Source of the DNA: a virus
Taxonomy: Duplodnaviria; Caudoviricetes
DNA length: 64,000 nucleotides
IMG/VR virus record: IMGVR_UViG_3300032246_000397
Location: 186-64,185 of that record
Strand: one strand, 5' to 3'
Position numbers and translations under genes: made by a program
Notes under the pieces: model-generated
What the model saw: the letters and a program-made list of their open reading frames with translations, nothing else
The model's database searches: none
Told to the model about the DNA's origin: nothing
Shown: in pieces, positions 27,459 through 37,396 of the stretch
How positions within the stretch are numbered: the first letter of the stretch is position 1
Layout of the letters: each line of letters opens with the position of its first letter

Positions 27459-29335
27459 TTCCACTCTTTCATATCTCCGTAATTGCGACCATACTGCGCT
27501 TCACATGCTACTGGTAAACCCTTAGCCCAATCAGGTGGGCTGGACATAACCTCGACAATCCATGCACAAGCCTCATCTACCTCATCATCGGGAACTACGC
27601 ACACCGCCGCATCGTGAACTGTCAGCACGGGGCGATAACGCTCAGTAAGTTTAATCATTTGTTCGCCCACGACAATCCGTGCAAGAGCTTGAACTACGTT
27701 CTCTACCACTGATCCGCCCCATAGAGACACGGGGCCCTTTCGTGACTTATATTGGTATCCGCTAGTAGTTTCATCTGTATTGAGTTGAAGTTCTGGGTAA
27801 CGTATGTATAAACCGTTTGGTAACTGTATACCATCGCTATACACTTTTACACATTTATTTTTACCATAATAAAAAGGTTTTTGTTCGGGTTGCCAATCAG
27901 CCATAATCTTTAATGCCTTGTCGCCTTCTCTCCATAGTTTTACAATCATATCATTAGTATCTCTGTACAATTTTACTATTTCGTCACACTTCTCTTTAGT
28001 AAGGTCAGCGCCTGGCGGCGATGTTTTCAGTGTGTGCTGTAACTTTAATGCGCCAGTACCATATCCGAGACCGAGTATGCAGGTTTTACCCACGAACCTT
28101 TCAACAGAGTCTTTTTTGGTGATGGGTCTATCATATATTTTCGACGCAAAGATGGAGTAAACATCATCTCCCAATTGGAACTCTTCAACCAAGTCGGTCT
28201 GACCCGAAAGCCAAGCGAGAACTCTTGCCTCAATCTGAGACGAGTCGCAATTGATAACCGTATATCCCTCTGGGGCAACCACCGCTTGCTTAAGAGTTTT
28301 TTTCTTAGCGTCACGGGACGGGAGATTTTGGAAGTTGACCTTGTCCGACCCCGCCCAACGACCCGTGTGTGCCCCGTAGTATTTAAGTGGGATGGGCAAT
28401 CTTCCTCTATTACGAGACCCAACGTCAATGAATCTTTCAATTCTACTTTCCTCAATAGTTGATTTTGTACCCAAACGCACCGCAGCGAGTTGTTGAATAA
28501 ATGGGTTTTCGTGTTCAGTCAACGCTATGAACCCTACATCGTTTTTTGCCAAAGCGTAGGTTTGCTTGCCAGTAGTCTTACTTTCTTTCATAGGTACTTC
28601 AACACCAAATTCTTCCAGCACCGTAGCGAATTGTTTATTACTAGCTAGTTTTTTGCGAACCGCCTCTTCGTTTTCGCATTGTAATTTTTCTTTTAATGTC
28701 CCTAATAACTGTAATTTCTCGTGTTTTAGCTCTTCTAACCGGTCATTTAGTAGGGCATCATCAACCTCTAAAATTGGATTAATAAACATCCGCAAAGTTA
28801 AATCAATCAGTTGTAACTCTTCTTGTGGAAACGCGCTCGACAATACTTGGAAAAGCTTATAAGTTAGTTCTACATCGTTTTTGCAATATTCGCCGTACTG
28901 GGCAAGCTCGCTATTTGTGAAGCCAGTTATATTCTTTCCTTTAGCCTCAACGACTTCCGTACCCTTCGTGCCTAGTTTGTAACGCTCAGATAGGTATGCT
29001 AAAGAGCCACCCACGTCTACCCCATTAGTCGCTCTACCCATGCAAAGTGTATCGAGATATAACTTGGGCTTGATACCAAACCGCCACGCTAGGATAGCCC
29101 CGTCAAACATAGTGTTATGGCAAAGTAAAGCGGAATCATTCCACGGTAGGGTGGAAAGGTATTTTTGAGTTTCAAGGTGTGAGCCAGAAAACCATTGCGT
29201 GATACCGTCGTCGATCTTAACACCAACACCGATGACTTCAAATCTTCTATCCCTGATGTATTCCTCAGTTGTTAGCTTGGATAGCGAAAAGTCTTGAGCA
29301 TAGTAGGTCTCAAAATCTAGTGTAATTAGTTGCAC
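27455..29335 (-). CDS. polA: DNA polymerase family A with 3'-5' exonuclease (Leu762 type)
   Basis: LDFET / HNTMFD / YCKND exonuclease motifs; HTGRW, NFQN, DSSQIEAR, KTCILGLGYG, VHD. Confidence 0.92.
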   Translation of the reverse strand: MQLITLDFETYYAQDFSLSKLTTEEYIRDRRFEVIGVGVKIDDGITQWFSGSHLETQKYLSTLPWNDSALLCHNTMFDGAILAWRFGIKPKLYLDTLCMGRATNGVDVGGSLAYLSERYKLGTKGTEVVEAKGKNITGFTNSELAQYGEYCKNDVELTYKLFQVLSSAFPQEELQLIDLTLRMFINPILEVDDALLNDRLEELKHEKLQLLGTLKEKLQCENEEAVRKKLASNKQFATVLEEFGVEVPMKESKTTGKQTYALAKNDVGFIALTEHENPFIQQLAAVRLGTKSTIEESRIERFIDVGSRNRGRLPIPLKYYGAHTGRWAGSDKVNFQNLPSRDAKKKTLKQAVVAPEGYTVINCDSSQIEARVLAWLSGQTDLVEEFQLGDDVYSIFASKIYDRPITKKDSVERFVGKTCILGLGYGTGALKLQHTLKTSPPGADLTKEKCDEIVKLYRDTNDMIVKLWREGDKALKIMADWQPEQKPFYYGKNKCVKVYSDGIQLPNGLYIRYPELQLNTDETTSGYQYKSRKGPVSLWGGSVVENVVQALARIVVGEQMIKLTERYRPVLTVHDAAVCVVPDDEVDEACAWIVEVMSSPPDWAKGLPVACEAQYGRNYGDMKEWK

Positions 29336-29367
29336 TTAAATCCTTAAATAACAAATTCAATAGATAC

Positions 29368-29402
29368 AAAAATAGGGAGCAAAGCCTAAGCCTAACTCCC
29401 TA
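29368..29402 (-). terminator. Intrinsic terminator upstream of polA
   Basis: - strand TAGGGAG...CTCCCTA-TTTTTG. Confidence 0.6.
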
Positions 29403-29406
29403 AAGG

Positions 29407-29703
29407 TTACTGTTTTTCTAGTATAGCAATCTCACGCTTGAGATACCACTCAGCTTTCTTTAAGTCTTCTAAGTTTTTTCCCTTATAGTCTGCCCTAGAA
29501 ATATATTTAACAACGTTGCCTAGGTTATACCCTAAGTGTTTAGCCTCAATAAAATCAATCGTCTCAATGCCACCAGCTTTGTAATGCGCTGGGCTGTTGA
29601 CGTTGTCCGTTACTACTTCCTTAGGTGGTCTTCCACGCTTACGTGGAACGCTATTTAATAGTCTTTGTCCATACCTAGTTTCTGCAAATTTAAGTTTAGC
29701 CAT
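29407..29703 (-). CDS. DUF3310 (T7 gp1.7-like) protein with AT-hook
   Basis: RKRGRPPK; DNVNSPAHY..GGIETID; GNVVKYISRA..K..EDLKKA.WYL. Confidence 0.8.
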   Translation of the reverse strand: MAKLKFAETRYGQRLLNSVPRKRGRPPKEVVTDNVNSPAHYKAGGIETIDFIEAKHLGYNLGNVVKYISRADYKGKNLEDLKKAEWYLKREIAILEKQ

Positions 29704-29914
29704 TTTTACTTCTCCTTTTAGTTGAACTACGTTTGACTGCCAAAATACCTTCTTCGGTTTCGTGCTTGCGAGCCTCTATCATTGCGTCTGCTATTTCATA
29801 TGACCGTCTTGCAATGCAATCTTCGGGCATAAGCTCGGGATGCAAACCACCTCTAGCAATGATTCCGTTTAATGCAAACATCGCAAAACAATCTCTTAGG
29901 TCTTGTTCATTCAT
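29696..29914 (-). CDS. Hypothetical protein
   Basis: LRDCFA...YEIADAMIEAR motif common in phages. Confidence 0.65.
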   Translation of the reverse strand: MNEQDLRDCFAMFALNGIIARGGLHPELMPEDCIARRSYEIADAMIEARKHETEEGILAVKRSSTKRRSKNG

Positions 29915-30119
29915 CTTTTATCTCACGATTCTTTTTAAACAAATAGTCATTACGATACTCACTAGGCGGAATAAACCCAAACTTTTTAAAGGTCTTCATT
30001 ACATCTGCGCCAGCAGTCCAAACAAATTTGGAATTACGATCAATAGCCATATCTTGTTTATGTTCCTGTTTTATTTCATTGTCTATTGCTCTTAACTTAC
30101 GAAAGGTTCTTATACTCAT
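29907..30119 (-). CDS. Hypothetical protein
   Basis: Coupled ORF. Confidence 0.55.
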   Translation of the reverse strand: MSIRTFRKLRAIDNEIKQEHKQDMAIDRNSKFVWTAGADVMKTFKKFGFIPPSEYRNDYLFKKNREIKDE

Positions 30120-30406
30120 ATGAAATATAACTCCATGTATTGATTAACAGTATGCTCATTCACTACAAAAGCAGTACCCCCACTATCCTCTATCCTGTTG
30201 AGATTGTCTTGTTGCAATGCAGTAACCTGTCCGTTGTTGGCTTTACATTCTATCCCATAGAACTTTCCTTTATGACATACTAAAAAATCAGGCGCACCGC
30301 TACTGCCGTAACCGCCTGTGGCTGGCATGACATAATAGATTTCTTTCTCTTTGAGTATCTTCTTAACCTTGTCTTTAACTTTTCCTTCGGGGGTTTGTGC
30401 CATCAC
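30116..30406 (-). CDS. VRR-NUC nuclease / Holliday junction resolvase-like
   Basis: TPEGKVK, GAPDF, IECKA, TALQ. Confidence 0.8.
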   Translation of the reverse strand: MMAQTPEGKVKDKVKKILKEKEIYYVMPATGGYGSSGAPDFLVCHKGKFYGIECKANNGQVTALQQDNLNRIEDSGGTAFVVNEHTVNQYMELYFI

Positions 30407-30738
30407 TCTTCTCCTCTAAGTTTCATTAACGATGGGTACGGCAACACTATGACAAAATAACTATCGCTTGTTTGCCACCCAATTTCTATTAGTTCTTCAT
30501 CTTTCAATGTAGTCATCAACATCAGGCTAGTCAACTCATGGTCTTGGAGTATCTGTTGTGGTCTTGACAAGATCATAGCCATCTTGGTTTTAATTTCATC
30601 GGGCAACGTCTGCTCATCAAACTCACGAGTAAAATTATCGCCAACATATATCGTGTATTTATTTCCTACCTTACGCAACGGCACACGATACAAGTCCCAA
30701 TTATATTGATGCACTATCGGGCTTAGTTTTTCTAGCAT
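30403..30738 (-). CDS. Hypothetical protein
   Basis: Coupled ORF; likely start ATG 30738. Confidence 0.55.
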   Translation of the reverse strand: MLEKLSPIVHQYNWDLYRVPLRKVGNKYTIYVGDNFTREFDEQTLPDEIKTKMAMILSRPQQILQDHELTSLMLMTTLKDEELIEIGWQTSDSYFVIVLPYPSLMKLRGEE

Positions 30739-31655
30739 GGGAACATCGCCCAAGTTAAGTTATATTCATCCGTACCACGGACACACGCAAGTATAACGTC
30801 GAGATCAGGCAAGTAGTCATTCTCTTGTGGAAGGTAACTACCATATAGTTTCTTGCCTTCATATTTGTTTTGGCTGAACACTTTTAACATCAACATAATT
30901 GGCTGAATATCCTCATACTCTGATAGGTCTTTAATTCGTTTAAAAGGTTTAACAACGTCGAACTTTCTGTCTTTATCATTCTTCTTCAAAACCCCTACAA
31001 CCAAGTGATTAAAGGAGTCTGCGCCTATTGCATAAAATCCATTGTCAAAAAAGCGAGCAATATCTTTATCTCTTACGTCTTTTATTTTATCTATTTCGTC
31101 GTACTTGTCAAGTATTTCTTTACATTTATTTAATGTTATTTGGTGAGCATTTTCTCCTCTAAAAACTTGTCGCAATAAAGAATGAATTTCATCGCTTTCT
31201 AGTGAGACACGCTTACTAATATTTCCGTGATGACTTGAAAGTCCTTGCACCGCAGTTCTAAAACAATCCTCATGGCGCATTTTTATCATTCCATCAAGGG
31301 GTGGAACGACCTCATTGCGTTTCAAAGTCGCCATCAATGTTGATAGTTTTTTACTGTGAAGTGTTTCTCTGTCAGCCGAGCCAGATCCGCGCTCTTTACG
31401 ATAGTATGGTGAACGATAGTTATAAATGATGTTCTCACCATCCTTTTCAAGAAAAATCTTGGCAATGACAAACGCACCGCTAGACTCAGTAAGTAAAAAC
31501 TGTTCGGCGATGCCAGCCAAAGGTCTAGTATCAACACTAAGAACTTTTAGTCCAAACTTAAAATTCAATTCCTGTATGAATCTTTTGCATGGAGACTTTT
31601 CTATGTATGATGTTAGTTCTTCGGTCTCAAAACCTTCTACGATATATTTATTCAT
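30732..31655 (-). CDS. Hypothetical protein (307 aa)
   Basis: Long ORF with GGAG RBS. Confidence 0.7.
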   Translation of the reverse strand: MNKYIVEGFETEELTSYIEKSPCKRFIQELNFKFGLKVLSVDTRPLAGIAEQFLLTESSGAFVIAKIFLEKDGENIIYNYRSPYYRKERGSGSADRETLHSKKLSTLMATLKRNEVVPPLDGMIKMRHEDCFRTAVQGLSSHHGNISKRVSLESDEIHSLLRQVFRGENAHQITLNKCKEILDKYDEIDKIKDVRDKDIARFFDNGFYAIGADSFNHLVVGVLKKNDKDRKFDVVKPFKRIKDLSEYEDIQPIMLMLKVFSQNKYEGKKLYGSYLPQENDYLPDLDVILACVRGTDEYNLTWAMFPC

Positions 31656-31665
31656 TTACTTCTCC

Positions 31666-32685
31666 TTAGTATTGTTCGACTTCTTTATCACCGACATAAA
31701 TCTCTACACCCCACTCTGATGGTGGATAATACGTATTGGGTGTATGTTCTACAAGTTTCATTACCGATGGGTTAGCTTTATACAACTCTTTGTTTAGCTT
31801 GCGCTTGATGTTACAGAACAAGTCCGCTAGTTCTAGTTCTCCTTGTCCATAATAAGTAGCTTGTTGGGGATTGAGGGTGGTTCTTATCTTAGCGTACAAA
31901 TGGCTTAGGTCATGCGCTAACGCATAGGCTACACAACTATCAAGTGGCGCTTCGTTTAAATTCTTATCAGCAAACTCGATAAGATTTAACTTTGCCGTTT
32001 GATTCAAGTACCAATCTTCTTTAAAGTCAGCCCCGCATTTAAAACCTACTTCTATTGCCACTTCCACAAAGCCCTTCCAGTCCATAGACTTCAACATCAC
32101 CTCGTTAATCGTATAAAAGTCTTGGTATCGCTTAAGAAACTCTTTACCTTGCTTACGGCTAACACGCTTGCCGATAATTCTATACTCGCTACCTTTTGCT
32201 GGTAACATGGTGTCGCACTCGATACGCATGCCTTTAAAGATTGGGTGGAACACGTCAGAACTTCTATATATCATTCCACCATGACGTGAACTCCTAAAGA
32301 AGTAACCTTGAGTCCAGCTACTCATGATCTGATTATCTCCTTGCCCATAGTTCTTAGCAGTAAACTCAAAAGTATTATCAGAGCGAACTATGCCCAACTC
32401 ATTTGGTATGCTAAGGTAACTGCAATACATTGTTGTCGGGTCAGTATCCCATTGGCGATGGTGTATGCTTGATGGATTTGCTTTGTACTCTGCCTCGGTA
32501 TGATACCGTTCAAGATAAGTGTAACCATATCTAACAACATAAACCTTTTCGCCGTTACGTTCCTCGACAACAAAGTCTTTTCTGTTATGAGTTCTTTTAC
32601 CGATAGGATACCGATTAGTAGTACCCCTATACGGCTTTTGAGTTTCAGTAATTCCAGTAAGTCTATTCCAAGATAGTCCAATCAT
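31666..32685 (-). CDS. Hypothetical protein (339 aa)
   Basis: Long ORF with GGAG RBS. Confidence 0.7.
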   Translation of the reverse strand: MIGLSWNRLTGITETQKPYRGTTNRYPIGKRTHNRKDFVVEERNGEKVYVVRYGYTYLERYHTEAEYKANPSSIHHRQWDTDPTTMYCSYLSIPNELGIVRSDNTFEFTAKNYGQGDNQIMSSWTQGYFFRSSRHGGMIYRSSDVFHPIFKGMRIECDTMLPAKGSEYRIIGKRVSRKQGKEFLKRYQDFYTINEVMLKSMDWKGFVEVAIEVGFKCGADFKEDWYLNQTAKLNLIEFADKNLNEAPLDSCVAYALAHDLSHLYAKIRTTLNPQQATYYGQGELELADLFCNIKRKLNKELYKANPSVMKLVEHTPNTYYPPSEWGVEIYVGDKEVEQY

Positions 32686-32912
32686 TCTGCTTCTCCTTTG
32701 TTAAGTTCGTCTAAATCATTTAATACATTTCGCCACATATTCATACCTAAGTCGTCGCCATGCTTTTCAAACTCCAAGAATCTTTCTAACGCATACAAAT
32801 GCGCTTTATCCCCATGAGACTCTATGGTTGCTCTCGTTAAGTCTTGATTAAAGTAAGTGCTATGCCTATCGGTGTGATACCACTCGTCATCTGCTTCATC
32901 ATATTTCGGCAT
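32682..32912 (-). CDS. Hypothetical acidic protein
   Basis: Coupled ORF. Confidence 0.55.
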   Translation of the reverse strand: MPKYDEADDEWYHTDRHSTYFNQDLTRATIESHGDKAHLYALERFLEFEKHGDDLGMNMWRNVLNDLDELNKGEAE

Positions 32913-32914
32913 GA

Positions 32915-34228
32915 TTAGTCCTTATCAAATATAACTTTCTTGCCACATGGAACTTCCAAGCTCTTGTTCTGAGTAATCATCCACAGGGTAGGTGGAACGA
33001 TATCCCACACAATGTCATTCTCTACATACCCGTCGGTAAACACGATGACGCACTCTGCGCTAAGTTTCTTCTCCTTGATGTATTTCGCTACACATGAGAC
33101 GTGAGTACCGCCACCGCCTAATGGTTTTAGTAGCGATGCAATGGATTGATATTGGTCAGGCTTAAAGACTTGTTCGCCATGCACTTCGGCATCCCACCAT
33201 ATAACTCTTACTACATCAGGCGACACTAAGTCACAGATGGATGCCAGTTCTGTTGCAAACTCCGTAAGTTCTACACCACCGATAGACCCCGACGTATCAA
33301 TAGCCACGATGACCTCGCCGATAGTTTCGTTCTCCATGCTTGGCATATAAATATCATTCGCCATGTGACGCTTGTTCATCTTGCGCCAAGTAAACTCATC
33401 TTTGCCTTTCATGGTAGATGACACAAAGTCACGCAACGCATCTCGCCAATCTATCTTAGGTTCAAGCAAGTCGCTGATTGCTCTAGGAAGTTTCCCACCC
33501 ATACGACCAGCAAGCATACCGCCTTCACGCAACGCTCTGTCAATCTTGTCATTCAAGTCTTTAACATCTTCGGGGCTGATGTTCTCCCAGTCATGCTCGT
33601 CGAATCCATCGCCACCCATGTCATAGTCTTTGCCGTTGGCTTTGATTACGTCGTCGCTATTTTGCTTTCCACCCGATGATGGATCGCTACCTTGCTCGTC
33701 ATCACCCACGCCGTTTCCTTCGTCTTTGCCTGAGCCAGATGAGCTACCTTTAGGTTTTTGTCGTTGAGGATTTTCCTTACGGATATAGTTATAGACCTCA
33801 CGCATATTCCAGTTGTGAAAGAACGGATCATACAACGCACCATCAGGCAACTCGACCAACTGCTCATTACCACCAGCGACCTTTCCCTTGATGTTAGCGA
33901 TGATGTCATTGACTACAAAATCCGCCGCCATGTTTGCAACCTTGCTATCTTCCTTCCACATATCCTTACCACGAGGGATTTGTTTCAATGCCACATGAAG
34001 ATTCTCATGCAAGACCAGACCACGCAACTTGGGTTCGGATAAAATAGTTTCTAAGAATGGGCGAGAATACTTCTTGTTCACACCGTCGGTGTATGCCGTA
34101 AACATATTCTCACTCACCTCTGACTTACCCATCAGCATTACACCGCTATACAACGCAGTCTCATGGTGCTTCATCAATGTTACGTGGGCTTTTTTCAAGC
34201 GTACTTCTTGTTTGTTTTTCACTTCCAT
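32915..34228 (-). CDS. Metallopeptidase (HExxH) + vWA domain protein (DUF2201-like)
   Basis: AYTDG, HENLH, DTSGS MIDAS, GGGT, FTDG. Confidence 0.85.
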   Translation of the reverse strand: MEVKNKQEVRLKKAHVTLMKHHETALYSGVMLMGKSEVSENMFTAYTDGVNKKYSRPFLETILSEPKLRGLVLHENLHVALKQIPRGKDMWKEDSKVANMAADFVVNDIIANIKGKVAGGNEQLVELPDGALYDPFFHNWNMREVYNYIRKENPQRQKPKGSSSGSGKDEGNGVGDDEQGSDPSSGGKQNSDDVIKANGKDYDMGGDGFDEHDWENISPEDVKDLNDKIDRALREGGMLAGRMGGKLPRAISDLLEPKIDWRDALRDFVSSTMKGKDEFTWRKMNKRHMANDIYMPSMENETIGEVIVAIDTSGSIGGVELTEFATELASICDLVSPDVVRVIWWDAEVHGEQVFKPDQYQSIASLLKPLGGGGTHVSCVAKYIKEKKLSAECVIVFTDGYVENDIVWDIVPPTLWMITQNKSLEVPCGKKVIFDKD

Positions 34229-34230
34229 GA

Positions 34231-34422
34231 TTACTCCTTGATATCAATGATTTCTACATGGTCTTCGGTAATAACAATCTTAGATGTTCCGTCGACCACA
34301 CGCTTTAGTTTATAGATAGTAAGACCTATAAATTCCTGATACTGATTACGTTTAAAAAAGTACAAGACAGTCATAGTCACCGCCCATACAATTAAAAATG
34401 TTTCGCTATTACTTATTTCCAT
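34231..34422 (-). CDS. Small membrane protein
   Basis: RBS AAGGAG; N-terminal TM. Confidence 0.55.
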   Translation of the reverse strand: MEISNSETFLIVWAVTMTVLYFFKRNQYQEFIGLTIYKLKRVVDGTSKIVITEDHVEIIDIKE

Positions 34423-34515
34423 TTACTTCTCCTTTATTAAACAGATTAAAAAACCAACCATGATCCCCAATGCAAAAGCTATTAGAGTCCAAAGATATAG
34501 TGCGATTGCGTACAT
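34423..34515 (-). CDS. 30-aa TM micropeptide (not in ORF track)
   Basis: MYAIALYLWTLIAFALGIMVGFLICLIKEK; stop abuts the next ATG. Confidence 0.45.
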   Translation of the reverse strand: MYAIALYLWTLIAFALGIMVGFLICLIKEK

Positions 34516-34543
34516 AGTTATCCACCCTTCAATGGAAAGTTAA

Positions 34544-35617
34544 TTAGAACAACTCGTGATTATTCTTAGCCCAGTCTGCAATCTGCAAATTGTGTCGGGC
34601 AAGTTTCATCGCCTTGGTGTTACGCATCATCATAGTAAAGAACACCGCTTGCACCTCTGAACTAGGAATTTTATTAACAAACTTCATGAACTTGGTTAGT
34701 TCGTCTTGCGTATCAATAGTGTCTACTGCTTGAAACATAATCATTAACTGCGCTGATATCTCTTCGGGAACTTTTATTCCGTCTGGATCTTTGATGATAT
34801 CTTTTACATCCACTAGAGTTTTCTCCAACGATAGAAACGCTGACATATCACCAGCGCCACTAGCACCGATAGTGCCAGCCAATGCGACCATCGTTGCGTT
34901 ATCACCCAATGTATCTCGATTCTTCACAATCACATCGCACTTAGCTAATGAACGGGGCGAACAGAAAGAAAGATTAGTTTTCTTAGGGTTGAAAATGTAT
35001 GGGTTATCATCTTGATCTCCAGTACGATAGCTTGCCAATGTCCGAGGGAACATAGCTACGAACGCACGAACAACACGAGAAACACCCCTAGCTGATGACC
35101 ACTCTAGCCATTCATTAACGCTTGGCTTTGCCATCTCCATAATACATACACGATTACCAGCATGAGCCAACATCGTATCGCCCACCCCATCGCTTGCATT
35201 GTTTGACGTGCCGAAAACGATACTACCTTTGGGCAACGCTTTGTCGCCGACCATTCTCTCCAACATCAGACGGGTAAAGATAACTTGCAATAGCTTTGGT
35301 GACTTCATGAACTCGTCGAGCAAGATAACCTTTGGCTTAGGAGAGTCAAGTTTGAAGAGAGATGAAACATAATACTCAAGCGACTGCGTAGCATGGTTTG
35401 GAATAGTCATACCTACGTCGGACATATCCTTGACTGGGCAGTCCACATAAATGTAATCGTACTTGTCACCGAAGTCTTCCTCAATCATAGATAAGATCGA
35501 AGTCTTGCCACAACCCGGCTCGCTCACTATGATTGGTGTGATTTCTGAACCTATTAGGGGAATGGTTTTACGCAACTCGTTAATAGTTACTGTGGAATTG
35601 AAATTGATTTTAGACAT
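34544..35617 (-). CDS. AAA+ ATPase (MoxR/dynein-related)
   Basis: SEPGCGKT, ILLDEF, GTSN, NR, SPRS. Confidence 0.85.
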   Translation of the reverse strand: MSKINFNSTVTINELRKTIPLIGSEITPIIVSEPGCGKTSILSMIEEDFGDKYDYIYVDCPVKDMSDVGMTIPNHATQSLEYYVSSLFKLDSPKPKVILLDEFMKSPKLLQVIFTRLMLERMVGDKALPKGSIVFGTSNNASDGVGDTMLAHAGNRVCIMEMAKPSVNEWLEWSSARGVSRVVRAFVAMFPRTLASYRTGDQDDNPYIFNPKKTNLSFCSPRSLAKCDVIVKNRDTLGDNATMVALAGTIGASGAGDMSAFLSLEKTLVDVKDIIKDPDGIKVPEEISAQLMIMFQAVDTIDTQDELTKFMKFVNKIPSSEVQAVFFTMMMRNTKAMKLARHNLQIADWAKNNHELF

Positions 35618-35642
35618 TTGCTTCTCCTTGTTTAGATTGTCA

Positions 35643-36557
35643 TTACTGCATGGAACTGAAACTACCGAACTTGCTCAAGATATCGTCTATCCCTTCCTTC
35701 ACATGATGGCGCACCGCATCGGAATCACGGATATCTTCTGCTTTGACACCATCTAATACTTTCTCCAACGACAGGCGAGCTTGCTCCAATCCTGAATCAT
35801 TCTTAAGATTGAATCGCTTAAAACTTTCGATGTAATCTCTTGCTTTCTGAATCGTACCTTCGTAGATTTTGCGACGCTTGGTACGCAACTCGCCATTGAC
35901 CTCTGACTCATCTACACCACAACAGTGGCTAATGGACTCCATCACCTCGACCAATCTCTCTGACTGTTCTTGTGCAATCGAATCTATAATGCCGTGCGAT
36001 TGCTTTGTGTATGTTGTAAACAAATCATCAGCGATATCCTGCGCTATGCCACAACGAAAGTCGTTCATCGGAACTTCGGACACATAAAGGTTCAAGCTGA
36101 ACTTGCTCGCCACTTGTTCTTTAGTTGGGTAGTCCGCACGATTGAACATAGTGCCTTGCTTGAAAGCCATGTCCGACACGATTGAATCGTAGTCCGTTGT
36201 TAATGAATCCACGAGAGAGTGGAAAGCTAATTCGTGTTCGTGATACTCTTGCTTGAACTTGGGTACGTCAACGCTAGGTAATAATTGTTGCGATTGATTC
36301 CATTTGTAAGTCCGACGCTGAAGCCAGTTATAGATGGTCTGCCGATAATTCACCACCGCCTTATGCTTGGGATGGTTAGCTAACAGATTCTTAACATACC
36401 TGCCCGCCGACTTGTCAGCGTTCTTTGCCGTAGTAACTTCATCGCTGATGCCCCTGTCTTGCTTGGTGGCTGACCACACGCTTATGTCTACGCTGACTAA
36501 CACCGCCGACGATGCAAGCGAGATCAGATGATCGGGTTTGGTTAATTCCATATTCAT
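35643..36557 (-). CDS. Helical protein accompanying AAA/vWA pair (DUF3150-like)
   Basis: VDISVWSATK...KNLL..ADYPT pattern; context. Confidence 0.5.
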   Translation of the reverse strand: MNMELTKPDHLISLASSAVLVSVDISVWSATKQDRGISDEVTTAKNADKSAGRYVKNLLANHPKHKAVVNYRQTIYNWLQRRTYKWNQSQQLLPSVDVPKFKQEYHEHELAFHSLVDSLTTDYDSIVSDMAFKQGTMFNRADYPTKEQVASKFSLNLYVSEVPMNDFRCGIAQDIADDLFTTYTKQSHGIIDSIAQEQSERLVEVMESISHCCGVDESEVNGELRTKRRKIYEGTIQKARDYIESFKRFNLKNDSGLEQARLSLEKVLDGVKAEDIRDSDAVRHHVKEGIDDILSKFGSFSSMQ

Positions 36558-36576
36558 ATACTTCTCCTTGGTTGAT

Positions 36577-36684
36577 TTACTTCAAAAATAAAAGATGCTC
36601 GAAAAATCCAAAATCCACGACGACGTGGATAGCTAAATAAAACAATGCGACTATTACTAAACACTTACCAAAAAAGTTATCCAT
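36577..36684 (-). CDS. 35-aa TM peptide
   Basis: GGAGG RBS before ATG 36684; directly behind promoter at 36709-36737. Confidence 0.55.
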   Translation of the reverse strand: MDNFFGKCLVIVALFYLAIHVVVDFGFFEHLLFLK

Positions 36685-36708
36685 GATGTTCCTTCCTCCA
36701 GTTTCATA

Positions 36709-36737
36709 AGTATACCACAACTTTACATATAAATCAA
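36709..36737 (-). promoter_or_regulatory. Sigma70 promoter, class B (TTGATT-N17-TATACT, extended -10)
   Basis: Near-identical to 37704-37732; shares GTAAAGTTGTGGTATACT. Confidence 0.75.
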
Positions 36738-36760
36738 TAGTGGGGTATGAGTTTTTTATT

Positions 36761-36946
36761 TCACTCTTCGCCTGTAAACGTGCGTACCCAGTCCACATAG
36801 ATTTCATCACGGTAGAGCCACCTAGCCTCACGCTTACGATTAGGTTTATCTATCGGGTAGTTAACCAATATGGCATGGGTATCGCCACGCACTAGCTTGT
36901 AGTACTCGGGTTTGTCAGGTTTGCGATAGAGTTTGATTACTTTCAC
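36761..36946 (-). CDS. Hypothetical protein
   Basis: Coupled ORF; GAGG RBS. Confidence 0.55.
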   Translation of the reverse strand: MKVIKLYRKPDKPEYYKLVRGDTHAILVNYPIDKPNRKREARWLYRDEIYVDWVRTFTGEE

Positions 36947-37155
36947 GTTGTCCTCTTGGGGTTGAGTTGCTTGAGAATAGTCATGTCCGACACCATCATG
37001 TAATTGCTTTTGTTCATGGGTACGACTGTGAACTTCCTACTCTTTGCGAGGTCATCACCACATGGACAACAAATCGCATAGCCTAGCTTCAGTCGCCCAG
37101 CGTCGTACACATCTCCGCATAGCTTACACTGTGGGGTAAAAGTTTCATCAATCAT
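36943..37155 (-). CDS. C4 zinc-finger protein (DksA/TraR-like finger)
   Basis: CKLCG...RL....CCPC. Confidence 0.55.
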   Translation of the reverse strand: MIDETFTPQCKLCGDVYDAGRLKLGYAICCPCGDDLAKSRKFTVVPMNKSNYMMVSDMTILKQLNPKRTT

Positions 37156-37396
37156 GGTCGAACTCACAATATCCACAGTTTTCTACCAAGTGGCGAGCCA
37201 TGTCACCCAAGACACCTTCTATCTCTAGGATTAAATCTTCGCCATACTTATGTTGCCAACCTTGTAACGCAATACTTAGATTGTTGATGCGCTCCCATTC
37301 CTCTTCGGTGTCGTTGATAGCTGGAGGTGCAGTAACGCAATGAATAATGTCCTGCATATCCTCGTCTAGTTGTTGCTCAAAAGTTTTATTGCTCAT
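37148..37396 (-). CDS. Hypothetical acidic protein
   Basis: Coupled ORF. Confidence 0.55.
   Translation of the reverse strand: MSNKTFEQQLDEDMQDIIHCVTAPPAINDTEEEWERINNLSIALQGWQHKYGEDLILEIEGVLGDMARHLVENCGYCEFDHD

Noticed and set aside
31711-32997. CCAC-N7-GTGGA near-matches at 31711 and 32981
   Set aside because: Spacer is 7 nt rather than the invariant 6, so they were not counted as sites.
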